DNA from: the human T2T-CHM13v2.0 reference genome, Homo sapiens
NCBI RefSeq assembly: GCF_009914755.1
Contig: NC_060944.1
Reading direction: 5' to 3' (one strand)
Length of the DNA: 64,000 nucleotides
Positions within the stretch are counted from its first letter, which is position 1, and every line of letters starts with the position of its first letter. Shown in pieces: positions 38,011 to 50,630 of this stretch. The notes beneath the pieces were generated by a model that was not told the origin of the DNA, did no database searches, and saw only the letters and a list, made by a program, of their open reading frames with translations. The position numbers and the translations under genes were made by a program.

Positions 38011-38519
38011 CATTATACTGTATTTTTGTTTGTTGATTTGTTAACAATAGAAGTTAAACCCTGTGAGTGTTGTGTTCTCACTCTTGGAACAAGGCCTGGC
38101 CCCAAATAGTCCTTAGTAAGAGCCAGCTTAATGAATGAATAGTAACTCAATCAATAACCATGTTTTGATGAAAGGAGGCCAGGATCACTGCAGGGGATGG
38201 TGACACATATGGGCAGAGAAGAGGAATCAAAGCTTACAATGGAGAAGTGAAAAGATTGGTCAAAGAGTTAGGAGCTAAGTCAGCTGAAAGTAGTGTCATG
38301 GAGCCGAGTGTCCATGGAGTCATGGACACTACTGAAGAAGGAGTTGTTGAGAGACCCCTGGCTTAAGAGGCATTATTCTGGCCCCTAGGTGTGCATCCAA
38401 CATTGGTGAGTGTTTTTTTTTTTTTTTCTTCGAGTGCTTGTTAGGTAAAAAAAACGAAGTGCTGCGGAGAATGTAGCAAGAATGAATTCAAGGACTGTAG
38501 TCTCTGGGAAAAGTGGGGC

Positions 38520-39025
38520 AGGCATGGCTGACACCTATATCCTGCCAGCCCCCTCCCAGTCCACCTGCTCTGCCATCCACATTCCCAGTACATCAACAGC
38601 TGCCTACTGCAAATGGCTTCTTGTGTTCTCTGCCAGAGGGTTTTCTCTGACTTGCTCCTTCACAGACACAAGCGACTTGGCAGGTCAATGGCACTAACAC
38701 CCCTGAAAACAACAGGTGGTGGATGGGAGTCACCGGGTCAAGGCCCCAGGCTCCCTGTCCTCTGGTGGGCAACCCTGAGATGAGTCTATGAGACTCCTCA
38801 GAGTTTCCTGGGCAGAAAGCAGCCAGCCCTGGTGCCCATGCTGTAATCTGCTCAGTCACACATGTGTCATGGGCCTTTCTCCCTGTTCTCTTTACCCTCC
38901 TTCCTCCCTCCCTCCCTCCTCTGCACTTCAATCCACTGCATTCCCCATCTCACCTCCCAGAAGAGGCCACCTACCCATGTTCTTGTCTTGGGCCTGCTTT
39001 CAGGAAGACCCGCACTAAACCGAAA
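38520..39025 (+). mobile_element. ERVL LTR (LTR16-like)
   Basis: 'ggatgggagtcacc...ccccaggctccctgtcctctggtgggcaaccctgag...cttgtcttgggcctgctttcaggaagacccgcactaa'. Confidence 0.65.
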
Positions 39026-39139
39026 CTGATAGCCTAGGGTCCATGGCATTAAGTCAGGAGCACAGAATTAATGTTGCCCAAGATAAGGATTTCATATTTC
39101 TGGGGAGGATGAGATTACTCTGGCCCATAATGGTTCAAT

Positions 39140-39480
39140 GGAGGAAAGATTTTTATGGCAGGCCCCTGAAGGATGAGTAGGATTTTCACAGTGGTATATG
39201 GTGAAGGTATATAGTGGTATATGATGAGACGAAAGGGGAAAATGTCAAAAAGGAGAGAAGATGAGGAAAAGAGGCCTTAGAGAACAGAAACTTGATATTG
39301 TGGTGAAGAAGTCAGTTGATATATAAAATTGAAGAAAATCCTGGAAATATTTGTTGGGGGTCTGATTGTAAAGGGTCTCCCAGCTTAGCTAAGATTTAGG
39401 AACTTGAACCCTGGGAAACTGGGAGCCATAGAGTTTTTGAACAGTGGTTTCACATGATAACAGAAGAGATTTAGCATTTG
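39140..39480 (-). mobile_element. L2 fragment
   Basis: 'cctgaaggatgagtaggatttt' and 'gggagccatagagtttttgaacag...acatgat'. Confidence 0.6.
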
Positions 39481-40029
39481 TTGGGGAGGGTGGGATCCTG
39501 GTAGACAAGAGAGGGAAGAATATATGTTAAGGTTCTGCATAGGGTGATCTCTCTGCAAACGCACAGAGGGTTAAACCTGAGGGTCTGTGGTGGGGACCAC
39601 AATGCACCACCCAAGTCCCCCGTTACAGAAGGTCTTGTGGTCCTACCTGCTAAGAGGGCTGGGGCAGACACCCTTCAGCTCTCAGGAGTTTCAGGGTAGG
39701 GGAAGAGCTCAGAGAAACACCTCGCCCCAAACCATATCCTTTTCCAGTGGCTCATGTGTAATGACTGGTCACTCTGGGAGTATCAAGGGCTGGCCATCTC
39801 TGCCCAACTTGAGTCAACTAAGAAAGACCATGCTAGCCCATCACTGATGGCTTTATTGTCCAAGACTGACCCTGTGCAAGCCTCCCAGCTCCCATTCTCC
39901 CTCTGCCCACTGCTGCTTCCTTTCCCTCCTTCCATAGGCAATTGATGTGTTTTGTTTCAGATATGTTGAGTTTAGCTCTAAAAGCTCTAAAGAATCTGGG
40001 TGATTCAGTGTTCCCTAATGTAAAGACAA

Positions 40030-40460
40030 TTGGTTTTACCCTATTTCTTCTTGCAACAGTTCTGCCTTCATGGCCACAGATCAAGGGACTGCAGCCTTCA
40101 TCTGAGCCAATCAGAATCCTTCACTGGGATTTCCTAATTTGAGAGGAAGAGTCATTTTCTTTTCTCATACTGAAGTTGCTGATATAAGCTCCAGACTTCC
40201 TGGGGGCCATGTAGGTGGAATTCCAAGGTGCACCCTGTATGACCCTCTTTGCTCCCCAGTGTGAGTGAGACCTATGAATATGATGGGATGTTACTCCTGT
40301 GGTCAGGTTACATTACACAACACTCCACCTTGGCACACTGCAAAAAGAGAGGGACTCTTCTGTTATACTTAAAGAGACTGCCACATCAGAGAGAAAGCCA
40401 CTGAGGGTGGCCTCCACTGGCCGAGAGTGGCCTCGGGCTGCAGCCAGCAAGAAAATGTTG
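40030..40460 (+). mobile_element. MaLR LTR fragments (MLT1K-like, then MLT1D/E-like from ~40210)
   Basis: 'ctgagccaatcagaatccttc' and 'gacctatgaatatgatgggatgttactcctgtggtcaggttacatta...cagccagcaagaaaatg'. Confidence 0.65.
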
Positions 40461-42234
40461 GGTAAGTAACAGCTTCTCCATGTTGCTTGTCTTTGCATGC
40501 CTCAACCTTCCTTCTTGATTTTCTCAGCTGTGCACACACTTTAGTAGAGAGTCACATCATTAAATTCTCTTTGGTTAAAACTTTTAGAGTACAAGTAAAT
40601 TTCCTACCAAAACCTGAAATGATCCAAAACTCATCACACATCCATGTGGGGTGAGCATGAATCTTTGTCCAGAAACTTGGGAATGAAAATCAAGTCCTGG
40701 AACTTAATTTTCTTTTTTTCAGTTAAATTAAATGTGACTCTGGGATGCCTGAGATTGGCTGGCAAGAAACCCAGTGAAAGCCATTGCTGGGATCTCTTTG
40801 CACCCCTCAGGTCTGTACAAAGATTGCAGAAATATCATGCTCAGCAAAATATTTGTAGGTCCCCTCTGTCTTCAGGTTACGGTGGTCACCTTTGTGATTC
40901 CTACTACCAGTGCACCTCTTGAAGTCTGGAGGTCCCGCCATGCTGAGAGCTTGGCCAGCTTGAGCCCTAGGGCCCAAGTCCAACCTTATGAGGTGCCCCC
41001 ACAATCATGCTCTGTCTTCCAAAGGTCCTGTCATTCTCTGGTCCCAGGGGCCAACAAGGGAGTGAACAATAAGTCCTCGCCACTCTTAAAACCCTAGATG
41101 TCTTCCTGCTCTCAGTCTCAATTTAGATATCCAATTTTGACGCTGCCTCTGTGAGTTTCTCTTGAGTTAGGAAAGGTTAAGGGTTTGGACTGGTTCCTTG
41201 GTGAAGAGAAGAGGAGAAAATCCAGAAAGATCAAAACACAGAGGAGATTGAATATCAGGCTTGCAATGCCTGATGAAACTTAGACAACCCACAGTGTACT
41301 CTGTTACTTTTGGTAACTTCTGTGGAACCAGACAGTGTTCTCGCTTTCTTAGAAACAGGTATTGAAAGAGAACAATAGCTGCTGAACCCAGCAAACCCTC
41401 CATATGGCAGGGCACTGTGGGAATCCCCCAGCCTGCTTGGCAGAAAGAAACCTGGGAGAGTTCACAGACAAGCCACAAAGATTTTTTTCCCTGTCTTCAA
41501 GAAAGGGTCAATTCAAGATTTGATTTAAGGATCATTTAATGGCACCAACTGAAGATATGCTTATTTAACTTAATTCCATTTTTTGGAATACAGTTTATTT
41601 AATGTTCTTTCAAGCGGAAAAAATAAGAAACAAATAATATTTGAAAAGTAGACTTCTATTTTGAAAAGTTACATGATGGTTAAAAGTTTCTCCTCTTCAT
41701 TCTAGGGACAGTAGAGAACAACCCAATTATAATAATAATTTTACTTAAATACCATTATGAAAAGATTTGACAGGAAATCACTATTAGGCTGCCATTACTG
41801 ATAATTTTAATAATACTTAAAGAAAGCTGTGTGTATAATAAGCATTACACACGTATGCATTCAAAGGCTCTTTTATTCCATGTGGTCTATGCTGACTAGG
41901 TCAGCATAATTATGTGACTTGGTCTCCAGAGCTAAAGAAAAAATGCAGTTTAAAAAAGAATGCAGTTTCTCAAGAGAATGGTTAACAAATCCGTAAAAGA
42001 CACGAAAAGGCAGAGAAGTTCCACACTAAATTTCCCACTCTGATTCTTAGCCTTTTGGAGGGGACAAGTCCTAGTTTCTGCCTTCATAGAAAGCAATGTG
42101 GGACCGCAGATGGGTGGCCACTGCACTTCCTTCTGGCCTCTGGCAGTGGGGTGGGGTGGAGGGGTAAAGAGCCAGGGGCATTTTTAATGTAATTTAGTCC
42201 ACCTTGCCAGGGTATGAAAGAAAACTAACTTTAG

Positions 42235-42570
42235 CAGATCTAGCCATGTGACTTTGGACAAGTCACTGAACTCTCTGAGACTTCATTTTCCCCATCTTTA
42301 GCTCTAATTATCTGTGATTTGCATGATTCCACCTTTCAAAGAACATAGAGCACGGTTCAAAAACTTTGAAGTTAGATAAGCTGATTCAAATCCTAAAGCC
42401 AGCCCTTGAGTGCTGTGTGACCTTGGGTAAGTTATAGAACCTTTCTGGGCCTCGGTCTCTTTACCTTTTAAATGAGGCCAAGTGTGTACATGATGCTAAT
42501 TAAGTGAGACAGTCCATGTGAAGGCTTAGCACAGTCTCTGGCATTCAATAAGAACACGGTGAGTGAGTTG
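42235..42570 (+). mobile_element. Two tandem MIR pieces (~42235-42310 and ~42345-42570)
   Basis: 'tgtgactttggacaagtcactgaactctctgag' and 'gctgtgtgaccttgggtaagttatagaacctttctgggcctcggt...gcttagcacagtctctggca'. Confidence 0.8.
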
Positions 42571-44477
42571 TTTTTCTTCCTGTCATTTTAGGGGTTGTAG
42601 CAATAGTGTTTTTGATTGCAGTGGGTTGTTGACTGCCAAGTGAATGATTATACATGGACATGGAAGTTGAGATATGAAAAAAGCCACGTGGGTCAGAGTC
42701 TCATGGTCAGCTACCATGGCAATCCTGAAAAGCTCCTCTACCTGAATGGCCTGTCCTGCAATAACTCCCCTGGAGATACTGTTCCCTTTCTCAACCTTGG
42801 AACTCCACATATTCAACCAGTTGAGTCAACCCCCAATGGAGTGAGATCAGGCATCTTCAGTGACCTTAAAAAGCCAGCTTGACTCTCTAGCCAAGACTCA
42901 GAGGGCTGGAGCCAAATCAGAATTACTAAGATACAGAAAAGAATGCGTGGACGGAAAGCTGCAGTTGCAGCCTCGGAAGACACTGGTAGAAATGCTGTTC
43001 TGGAGAACGTGTGTGGATCTGGTGGGCTAGGCACCCCAGGCAGCCCCCTGGCCTGGGTGAAACACTCCTGCTTGCTCTCCCGTTTACCAAGGAAGCTTTG
43101 GGTAAGAGCGTACTTTACCTATCCACTAAAAAGGCAGAGGAAGGGAGGGTCTAGTGGTCTGACACGCATCTACTAGGTAGAAATGGGCAATGTCTCCCAC
43201 ATCCAAGCATCTTAGGGCCTTAGTAAGAGGGGGGTGATCTCTGAGGGCCTGGCCATGGGCTGCCCTTAAGACAAGTGGCTGGCCAGTTGGCCAAGTGGCC
43301 TTCCACTGGTGACATAACACCCTGGAAGTGTTCCCTCTGCCTTTGTTCCCTTTTAGTCAAGTAGTGGCACCCTTAATAGAGAGAACAACACTGTGGTGTG
43401 AACTGATTTGTCATATTTTTGACCAGGCCCTAAGGAAGGGGTCAGCGACACACTTAGGAGGAAAGGATGGGAATATTCACTCCTGGTGACAGTGAGATTT
43501 GGGGTCTGATGACGGATAGTTTCCCCCAACTTTTCTGCTCATCTAAAACAATAAAACCTCTGCCTAGGTTTTAATCATTGAAGGAAAGCTAATCTCTGAC
43601 TTGTCCTGTTTTTTTTGTTTGTTTTTTGTTTTTGTTTTTTTTTTTAGATAGCGGTGTATTTATTGCATGTTTCTTACTGCCTTTGGAGGGATTACCTGTG
43701 CAGCTAAGCTCTGACTCCTTAGGAAAACTGAGCATCGAAAATAATAAGAGAAAACTGTAGGATATTGAATAACATGACAGAGGGAAGACTGCAGTGGTCT
43801 TTTCTATTAAAGTAAAGCAGGACTAGTATTCTACATTAATGTCCAAATTATGCAAAAACAATAATCAGTGCTCCGTGAATGATCAGCCTAAGGATTAGTT
43901 ATGGTGCACAGGGGTTTTGATAGGGCATTAGGTTTCATTTCCGGACCAATGGATGAACATTTTAAGAAAGTGCTCTTTACTCTGTGTTAACCGCAAATAA
44001 TAACAACGCTCCACTTTCATAAGGTGGATTTTAACTCTTGTGGTAATACTGGTGCTCTCGAAGTCAAATCATCACTGCCAAAGAGCTTCTCCAGTGCCCA
44101 TTCTTTCCGGCACTGCCATGGTCTTCACGAGCTCTTTATGACATCCTGAGCCAAGGCCAAATCCCCTCCTGGGCGTGCACAGACCTGCCCCACCTCCTGC
44201 CCATGCCCTGTGCCGTCTCTTAAGCCTCCCACCCATGCCCCTTCCTGAAGTCACCCTGACTGCTCTGAGGTTCCCATGGCTCTTTCTTTGTCAGCTTTGC
44301 AGATGAGGGCACATCAGTGCCTTAAGGCCTTAAGATCCTTCAAGCACATGGACTATGACTTCGTGCCTCTCTTGTTCTTTCTGGTAACCAAAGGTACTTT
44401 GCCATGAAGAGAAAACACCTTGGTAACCAACGTGGCTCTTAATCACATCCTGCACTTTCTCTCTTTTTCTTTTCTTT

Positions 44478-44481
<4 letters not shown>

Positions 44482-44522
<41 letters not shown>
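44482..44522 (+). repeat. (TG)20 dinucleotide microsatellite
   Basis: Perfect TG run. Confidence 0.98.
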
Positions 44523-44524
<2 letters not shown>

Positions 44525-45064
44525 TTAGTATTTCTCAGCCGCTGGCATTTAATCCACCCAGGGGGCACCTGTGCTTCTGTATCCACACAGGGTGCTGGAG
44601 ACACCCTTAGGGTCAATCGACATGTCCCCTGTGTCCAGAACTGCCCCCAGACTGCAAGATGCATTTCCCTGGGAAAATCAGAAATGATGTATTTTGTCCC
44701 AATTCTTCCCTATATCAAGCATTTAGGGGCCCCAAGAGAGACCCACATAGAAGTACTTCCTTTTCTTTCCCTGTTCAATAAATAACATTCTGAGGCCGAG
44801 GACAGGGAGATGTGGAGAGCAGAATCCAATAGCGGAAGCCACCCAGACTAGATAAACAGGAGGGGGCAAATGAAAATAAGCAGGTGAGGAGGAGGCTGGG
44901 AATGGCCAGGAGGGCTAGGGGTGTGTGGCAGGGAGCTTGGACTGTGGACAGCTGCTGAGCAGAGCACCAAGGCCAGGCACGTGTGTCACTGAGGTGAACT
45001 TCAGCACAGCAGAGGTTCTGTCCTTGTAGGGGGAAGGGCCCAACCTCCAGGACAAGCAGTGGAC

Positions 45065-45290
45065 CTAGCAGTTACCATGTTCCCACTCAGTATCAGAGAC
45101 GCTGCTGAGAGCTTGGCACCAACGCTTTTCATTCTGACGAGCACCCAGCCCTTCGGATTATCCATAATTACACTTGTGTATATGGAGGTAAAACAGACTC
45201 AGAGAGGTTAAGCGCACCTGTGTTCCCATGTTACTCAGACAAAATTGAGGTTGGAATTCATGTTTGTTTTCGGTTTTTGCTCTTTCTATT
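45065..45290 (-). mobile_element. MIR SINE
   Basis: 'aaaacagactcagagaggttaagc...aggttggaattcatg'. Confidence 0.65.
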
Positions 45291-45759
45291 GTACTGGTGC
45301 TTCTCGAATTGCTCCGATGTGAGAGAACCTGGATGGTCCGGGCATTCTTTGTGGTGTGTGAATCATGTGGAAATACTGGATGGGTCAAGCTTACAATAGC
45401 TGAATATACAATTCCATGTTAAATCAGATACCACCTTATGTACACTCCATTTAGGAAGTGTTCAATGACTTTTACAATTACAGGAGAGAAACAGAAAAAC
45501 TTTGAGAAAAATCTATTGATTTGATTTTTCTGTGTCCCAGGAAAAAGGTGATCTCTAAAAGTGAGTAATAGCAGAAGCCCCATGTCCAGCTTGGGGACCA
45601 CTATGTCTTCAGGAAGTAGAGTCAGAGACCATCCCCCGCTCGGACTCCGGCTCTCCACTGGAGAGCAGTGAGGAGGTGAGAGTCCCCTGCCCTGCCTCCA
45701 CCTCCCTCAGGTCCCTCTGGCTTGCTACAAATGCCCACCAGAGAAGCAAAACAGTGATT

Positions 45760-46465
45760 TTTGTTTTAGATTTTATCATTTCATTTTTACATAAGTCACC
45801 CAAGCTTCTTGTTAAAAATTACAAAACACAGATAAGCCAAAAAATATATATAAATGAATTAGTTGTAAAGATTCTCCACTAATACTCACCAGCAATAAAA
45901 ATTTGGACCTGCACTCATTCAGATACTTACTTTCTGTGCATGTCCAGGCTGTAGATTTTTTTTTTCTGGCATGCTTACCGTTCTACATCCATTAGTTCAC
46001 AGCTGCACTAGTGTTTCCCAAAGATGGGTTCCCACGACGTATACAGTAACATTGTCCAAGATACAATTTTAAAATGAAGATTCCTAGACTCTTTATTCTA
46101 TAAAATCAGCATCTTGCACCCCAGGCACACTGAAAGCCTGCTTTTAACAAACTTCCTGGTGATTCTCACGATTCTCACAGTCCTCATTTTTATTTTGCCC
46201 AGGAATACTTCAATGTATTCCAGAGCCTGATTTAGTTACTCAGAGCCCTACTGATAGACACTTAGGCAATTCCTGATGTTTTTCTCAATGGTGTCACCTA
46301 TATCAGTGTATACATTGTTTTCTTTGAACAAACACCTGTTAGTGGAGTTGTAGGATTATGGACTCACTGGTATACTGATACTTCTTGTATGTGTTGACTG
46401 TTGCCCTCTGAAGCAGGAATAGTGATGGGCAGACCCCAGTTGCACCCCCAGCAGGCAACACAGTG
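45760..46465 (-). mobile_element. L1ME-like fragment with a MER5-type MITE inserted at ~46008-46170
   Basis: L1 'ccctactgatagacacttagg...cctgttagtggagttgtaggattat'. MER5 'agtgtttcccaaag...ttaaaatgaagattcctagac...ttttaacaaacttcctggtgattct'. Confidence 0.6.
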
Positions 46466-46842
46466 TTTTCAGCTCACGTAAAGATCTGAAGTATCAGGAG
46501 GACGTGCTGAAAGCTGAGGGCTGCTGAGATAAGGGAGCCAGCCTTTGTAAGTGTGAAGCCCAGAGATGAAAGCCAACTCAAGCCATGCCCCACATGCACT
46601 GGACCTGGTCCTGCCCACTAGAGCAGTCACCCCCATGACCCCTGCACCTGCCATGCACCGAGAGGCTCCCAGAGTAATCACTCCCACACTGTCGTCTCCG
46701 TGAATGAATCTTCCACGGGGAGACTTCAGAGGGGGGAGGGGGGTTTGTAGGGGAAAGAAGAGCAGCCCCCCTTGGCACCTCCGTGGTTGGCTTACACACC
46801 AGACCTGGCAGGGGTGGATGAACTTTCACACATCCCATGTGG

Positions 46843-47118
46843 CATTCCTTTATTCAGCAGATAAAGGTTAGAACATTCACCTGTCAGCAAGTATGATGGA
46901 TGCTGGAGCCACAGTAGCAGGTGGGACTCAGTCCCTGACCTTGAGTTCCTTGGACTTCATTTGGGGAGACTAAATTATGGAACAATTAGAATGCCACATG
47001 AGTGGAAGTGTAGCAGAGGTAAGGCTTATTATCCAGGGACACAGGGAAGGAGCCCAGACCTCCTGGAGGTCCCAGGAAAGTCATCAGAAAGGTGACACTT
47101 TCTCCATCATCTGAAAAG
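46843..47118 (-). mobile_element. L2 3' end
   Basis: 'cattcctttattcagcagata...cagtccctgaccttgag...caggaaagtcatcagaaaggtgaca'. Confidence 0.65.
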
Positions 47119-47123
47119 GAAAT

Positions 47124-47440
47124 GTTTTTAATTATGAAAGAAGTACACAATTGCAAAAAGTCTAAAGCATACAGAGGCATAGATAAACTTTAGAAACCCA
47201 ACACATCCTCATTTCCCTAACATAATTACTGTTAGGTTCTGGACTCTAAAAATCTATATTAAAAAGATATATGTGTAGGTATATACATAATGAGATCATA
47301 GTTTACAGGCTTTTCCTTCAACTAGTTTTCTCACTCAACAGTATAGCATGGGCGTCTTCTCATGTCAATACATTTGTGGCCTCCTTTCACAATTATTTCA
47401 GTGGCTGTAGAGTCATCTACATCACAGGTGTTCCATGAGG
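47124..47440 (-). mobile_element. L1ME-like 3' fragment
   Basis: 'aatgagatcata...ttttctcactcaacagtatagcatgggcgtcttctcatgtcaatac'. Confidence 0.65.
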
Positions 47441-49229
47441 CATTTAAAACGATAGCACTCATCCTTGCTTTGATTAGTGTTGTATTATGGATTTTATGGC
47501 CGGGCTTCCCTCAGGCCCTATCAGAGATTGCACTTTGAGCTGCTTTTTTGGACACAGGTTCCCTTATCAGCACCAGCGGGTCTCTTAATGAAAATCTAGC
47601 ATCTTAATAGATTGTTGAGTCCTGAATATACTGTCTTACAAGTAAGCCTTAAATGTAAAAATCAAGGAAGCTCAAGTTACTGATAGACCTACTAATATTA
47701 TAGGTGAGAACACTAAAACTAGAGACACATTTTCCTGAGGAATGTTCTAGACTTCAAAATGTTGGCACTGAGGGGGCCGCCTCTCAGCGAGTTGACTACT
47801 GGTGACCTCTAATGGCAATCCAAGATACTGCACAAAAACCCCGTGGAAAACTGGGAACTGCTTGTATTATGTGTGGTTAATTCAACTGCAGTTGTGAATT
47901 CCCAAGGTCTTTGAAAAGGTGCTAAGTTGTCTCATGATTAGAAGGGGGCTTAACAGAGTATCATGATGTAGATCCAGTGAGTCATGCCTCAAATTGGACC
48001 ACTTATTTTCTGGCTGGAGCAAACGATCATTTTCATAGATGCGTAATATTGCACATAATGTAAAGATATACACACATTTAAATGTCCACATTAACTCACC
48101 CACTAGTTAAATATCAGAAGGCATATTACTCCTATGGCTTGAAATGTCCTGTTATTTAGCACAATATTACCAGGGCAGTCCAGAAATACCTGCAACCATT
48201 CATTGCCTGTCTAATGTTTGGTTTTGAAGGGGTGGGTCAGGCAGAGGGTCTTAGGCCACTGCTGGTAAATGCCAAACTAACTCTGAGGTCAGAAGTCCTT
48301 GATGCTACATCCCCAGGTTCAAAAGCCTAAGAAGCCCTCATTTGGACTGGGCAGCGTCCCTCCACCTGAGAGAAATTAATAACAGCAAGCTTCTGAATAA
48401 TTGCTGAAATCCACACCTGAACCCGGATGGACCAGAGCAGCCACAAAGTCCTCAAAGCACCTGACCAGCCCCCTCAGTGGGCTATTTTTGTAGAAAAAGA
48501 ATGAGTCCTGGAAAACAACCAAATACCCATTGTTTGGCTGCGTTTATTTTCCATCAAGAGTGATGCAGATAGCTTGCCCAGTAGGGACCCACTCAGCGTC
48601 TAAAGACTAGGCAAATGGAGGTGGGTGGACTTTGGCAGTGCATGGTACTCAGTGGAAGGAGAGAGCAGAGGAATCAAGCAAAGAGTGAGAAAAAAAGATC
48701 CTGACCATCAGGAAAAGTACAGCCAAGAGAAACTCTCAGATGGGGAAAAGGAGAACTGGGGTACATTGTCACATAATGCAATGACACAGTGGTGATGTGA
48801 GAACTCATTTAGGTTTTCTCTCCAAAACTTCAGGGTGAGACTACTGGAATTAATTTCTATTTTATCAATACCAGAGGGAAAAAAGGATGAATTTTGTTAT
48901 TTTTAGCAATACAGTATGTGTCACATTCAGAAACCAGAAAGACCAAGTCTGGTTTTTAACCACTACTTTATGGGGCTGAGTAAGCTGCTGAGACTGACAA
49001 AGAGATCTTCTCCGCCAACTTTACAGAGTTCACTTACCCCCAGTCACCTTTCCCACTCCTGGAAGATGAAGGTGTGGCCATAATGCAACAAAATAATTAA
49101 TGGTGATGTTTGAAAATTAAGAAGACAAATCCTTATAGGCTATTCGTGTTCATTTTTTCTATGTATTTTAAATGACATAATGACATGTGCTGGAATATAT
49201 ATATGTATATATGCTGTTACATATATGTA

Positions 49230-49600
49230 TATTCACTTTAGAAAATTTATGAAATACATAAAAATAGTAAGGAATAATTAAACCACTCAATTCTACTACA
49301 TGACAATGATAATGTCCAATATTTTTATGTGTATTCCTGTAATTCTTTATTATTTATACCTATTGCCACACCTCTATTTCTTTATCCACTACTACAGAGT
49401 TGGAAATAAAATTACTATTGTATTTTGTGAATCTGTTTTATTTTGCTTTAAAGTGATAAAGATGTGTATTACACATTCTTCTAAAATATGACTTAAGAGA
49501 TGTACAATATTCTGTCATAAATCTATCACAATCTATCATTTAAATCGCTTTCATTGTTTTGTGACTGAAAATAATGCTGTAATGAACATTCAATAACATT
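49230..49600 (-). mobile_element. L1ME-like 3' fragment
   Basis: 'tagaaaatttatgaaatac...aatatttttatgtgtattcct...aaataatgctgtaatgaacatt'. Confidence 0.6.
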
Positions 49601-50102
49601 TCCTTTGTTTACTTATGTGTTTTACAATTTACTAATAATTCAGATCACTGAATAAAGGTGAAAGGGCCTTCCCAATTTCTTCAGTGAATGGGTGAAGATG
49701 TTCAGGTTCAAAGGTGATAAATGGCTTACCTGAGGCTACACAGAACAAGTGATGATACAAGATAATCAGTAGGGAAATGAGAAAGAACCCTCCCCTGGGC
49801 CCATTGCCTGGGCCAGGACAAGTGTCCTGTGTCCCTGCCGGTTCCAAGGCTCAGTGGGTCGGCTTCCATGCATGGTTGCTATGGAGGCCTGAGTGGAAGG
49901 GAGGTGCCCACATTATGGCTTGAAACCTTTTGCTCTTCACCTCATTTCCTCCTCACAGCACACCAGGAAATTGGTGCGAAGTTTCCATCTGACAGATAAG
50001 GAATCGGAGGACCAGGGGCCCAGAAAAGGCTCCAAGGAACAGATCGGAGATGGGGCCTAGTTTCTAGAAAGTTAACTGAAGCCCTTTGGGGTCAAGGCCT
50101 TT

Positions 50103-50249
50103 GGAAGAAGTGGGTGAGGAGGAAAAGAAAAGTAGGGGGAGTGGAGGAGGAGGAGGGAGGAAGAAGCATAGGGGGAGGGCTGGAGCAGGAGGAGGGAGAG
50201 GGAGGAGTGGAGGGGTCAGGGAAGAGTGGAGGAAGAGAGGAAGAAGTGG
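50103..50249 (+). repeat. GA-rich polypurine low-complexity tract
   Basis: 'ggaggaggaggagggaggaagaag...ggagggagaggggaggagtggaggggtcaggg'. Confidence 0.85.
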
Positions 50250-50479
50250 CTCTGCATTTGTAGGCTTCAAGGCATGCTGGATTTTGTTTATGAGTAAAGA
50301 GTCCTGGCTCTCAAGGTTAACTTTTATCCTGACACCAGCTATGAAGGTCAAGGGCTGCAGAGGGTCCAGAACTGTGCTGAGGTATGACTAGGCAGATCCA
50401 TATGAAACTGCCATTCTTCTAGGCCAAAAGGGATGAATGCTGGCAAGTTTATGGGATTTAAATCAATCTTTTCTCCTCT

Positions 50480-50630
50480 GTCTCACTATTAGGAAGGGGT
50501 TACTTGTTTTTACAAATGCAGAAACTGCAGAACAGAGAAGTCAAACAACTTCCAAGGGATTTTACTTGTGAATAAACCAGTTTTTGTACCTGAGCTGTGT
50601 GACTCTGGAATCTACCTGTTCAGTGCACAT
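50480..50630 (-). mobile_element. MIR fragment
   Basis: 'ttttacaaatgcagaaactgcagaacagagaagtcaaacaacttccaagg'. Confidence 0.6.

Noticed and set aside
42583-43320. Possible processed pseudogene or retroviral gag remnant
   Set aside because: No recognisable protein motif in the frames I translated, and no poly-A tail or TSD.
44552-44570. CTCF-like ccacccagggggcac
   Set aside because: Mismatches fall in the conserved 5' part of the core, so it cannot be supported without ChIP data.
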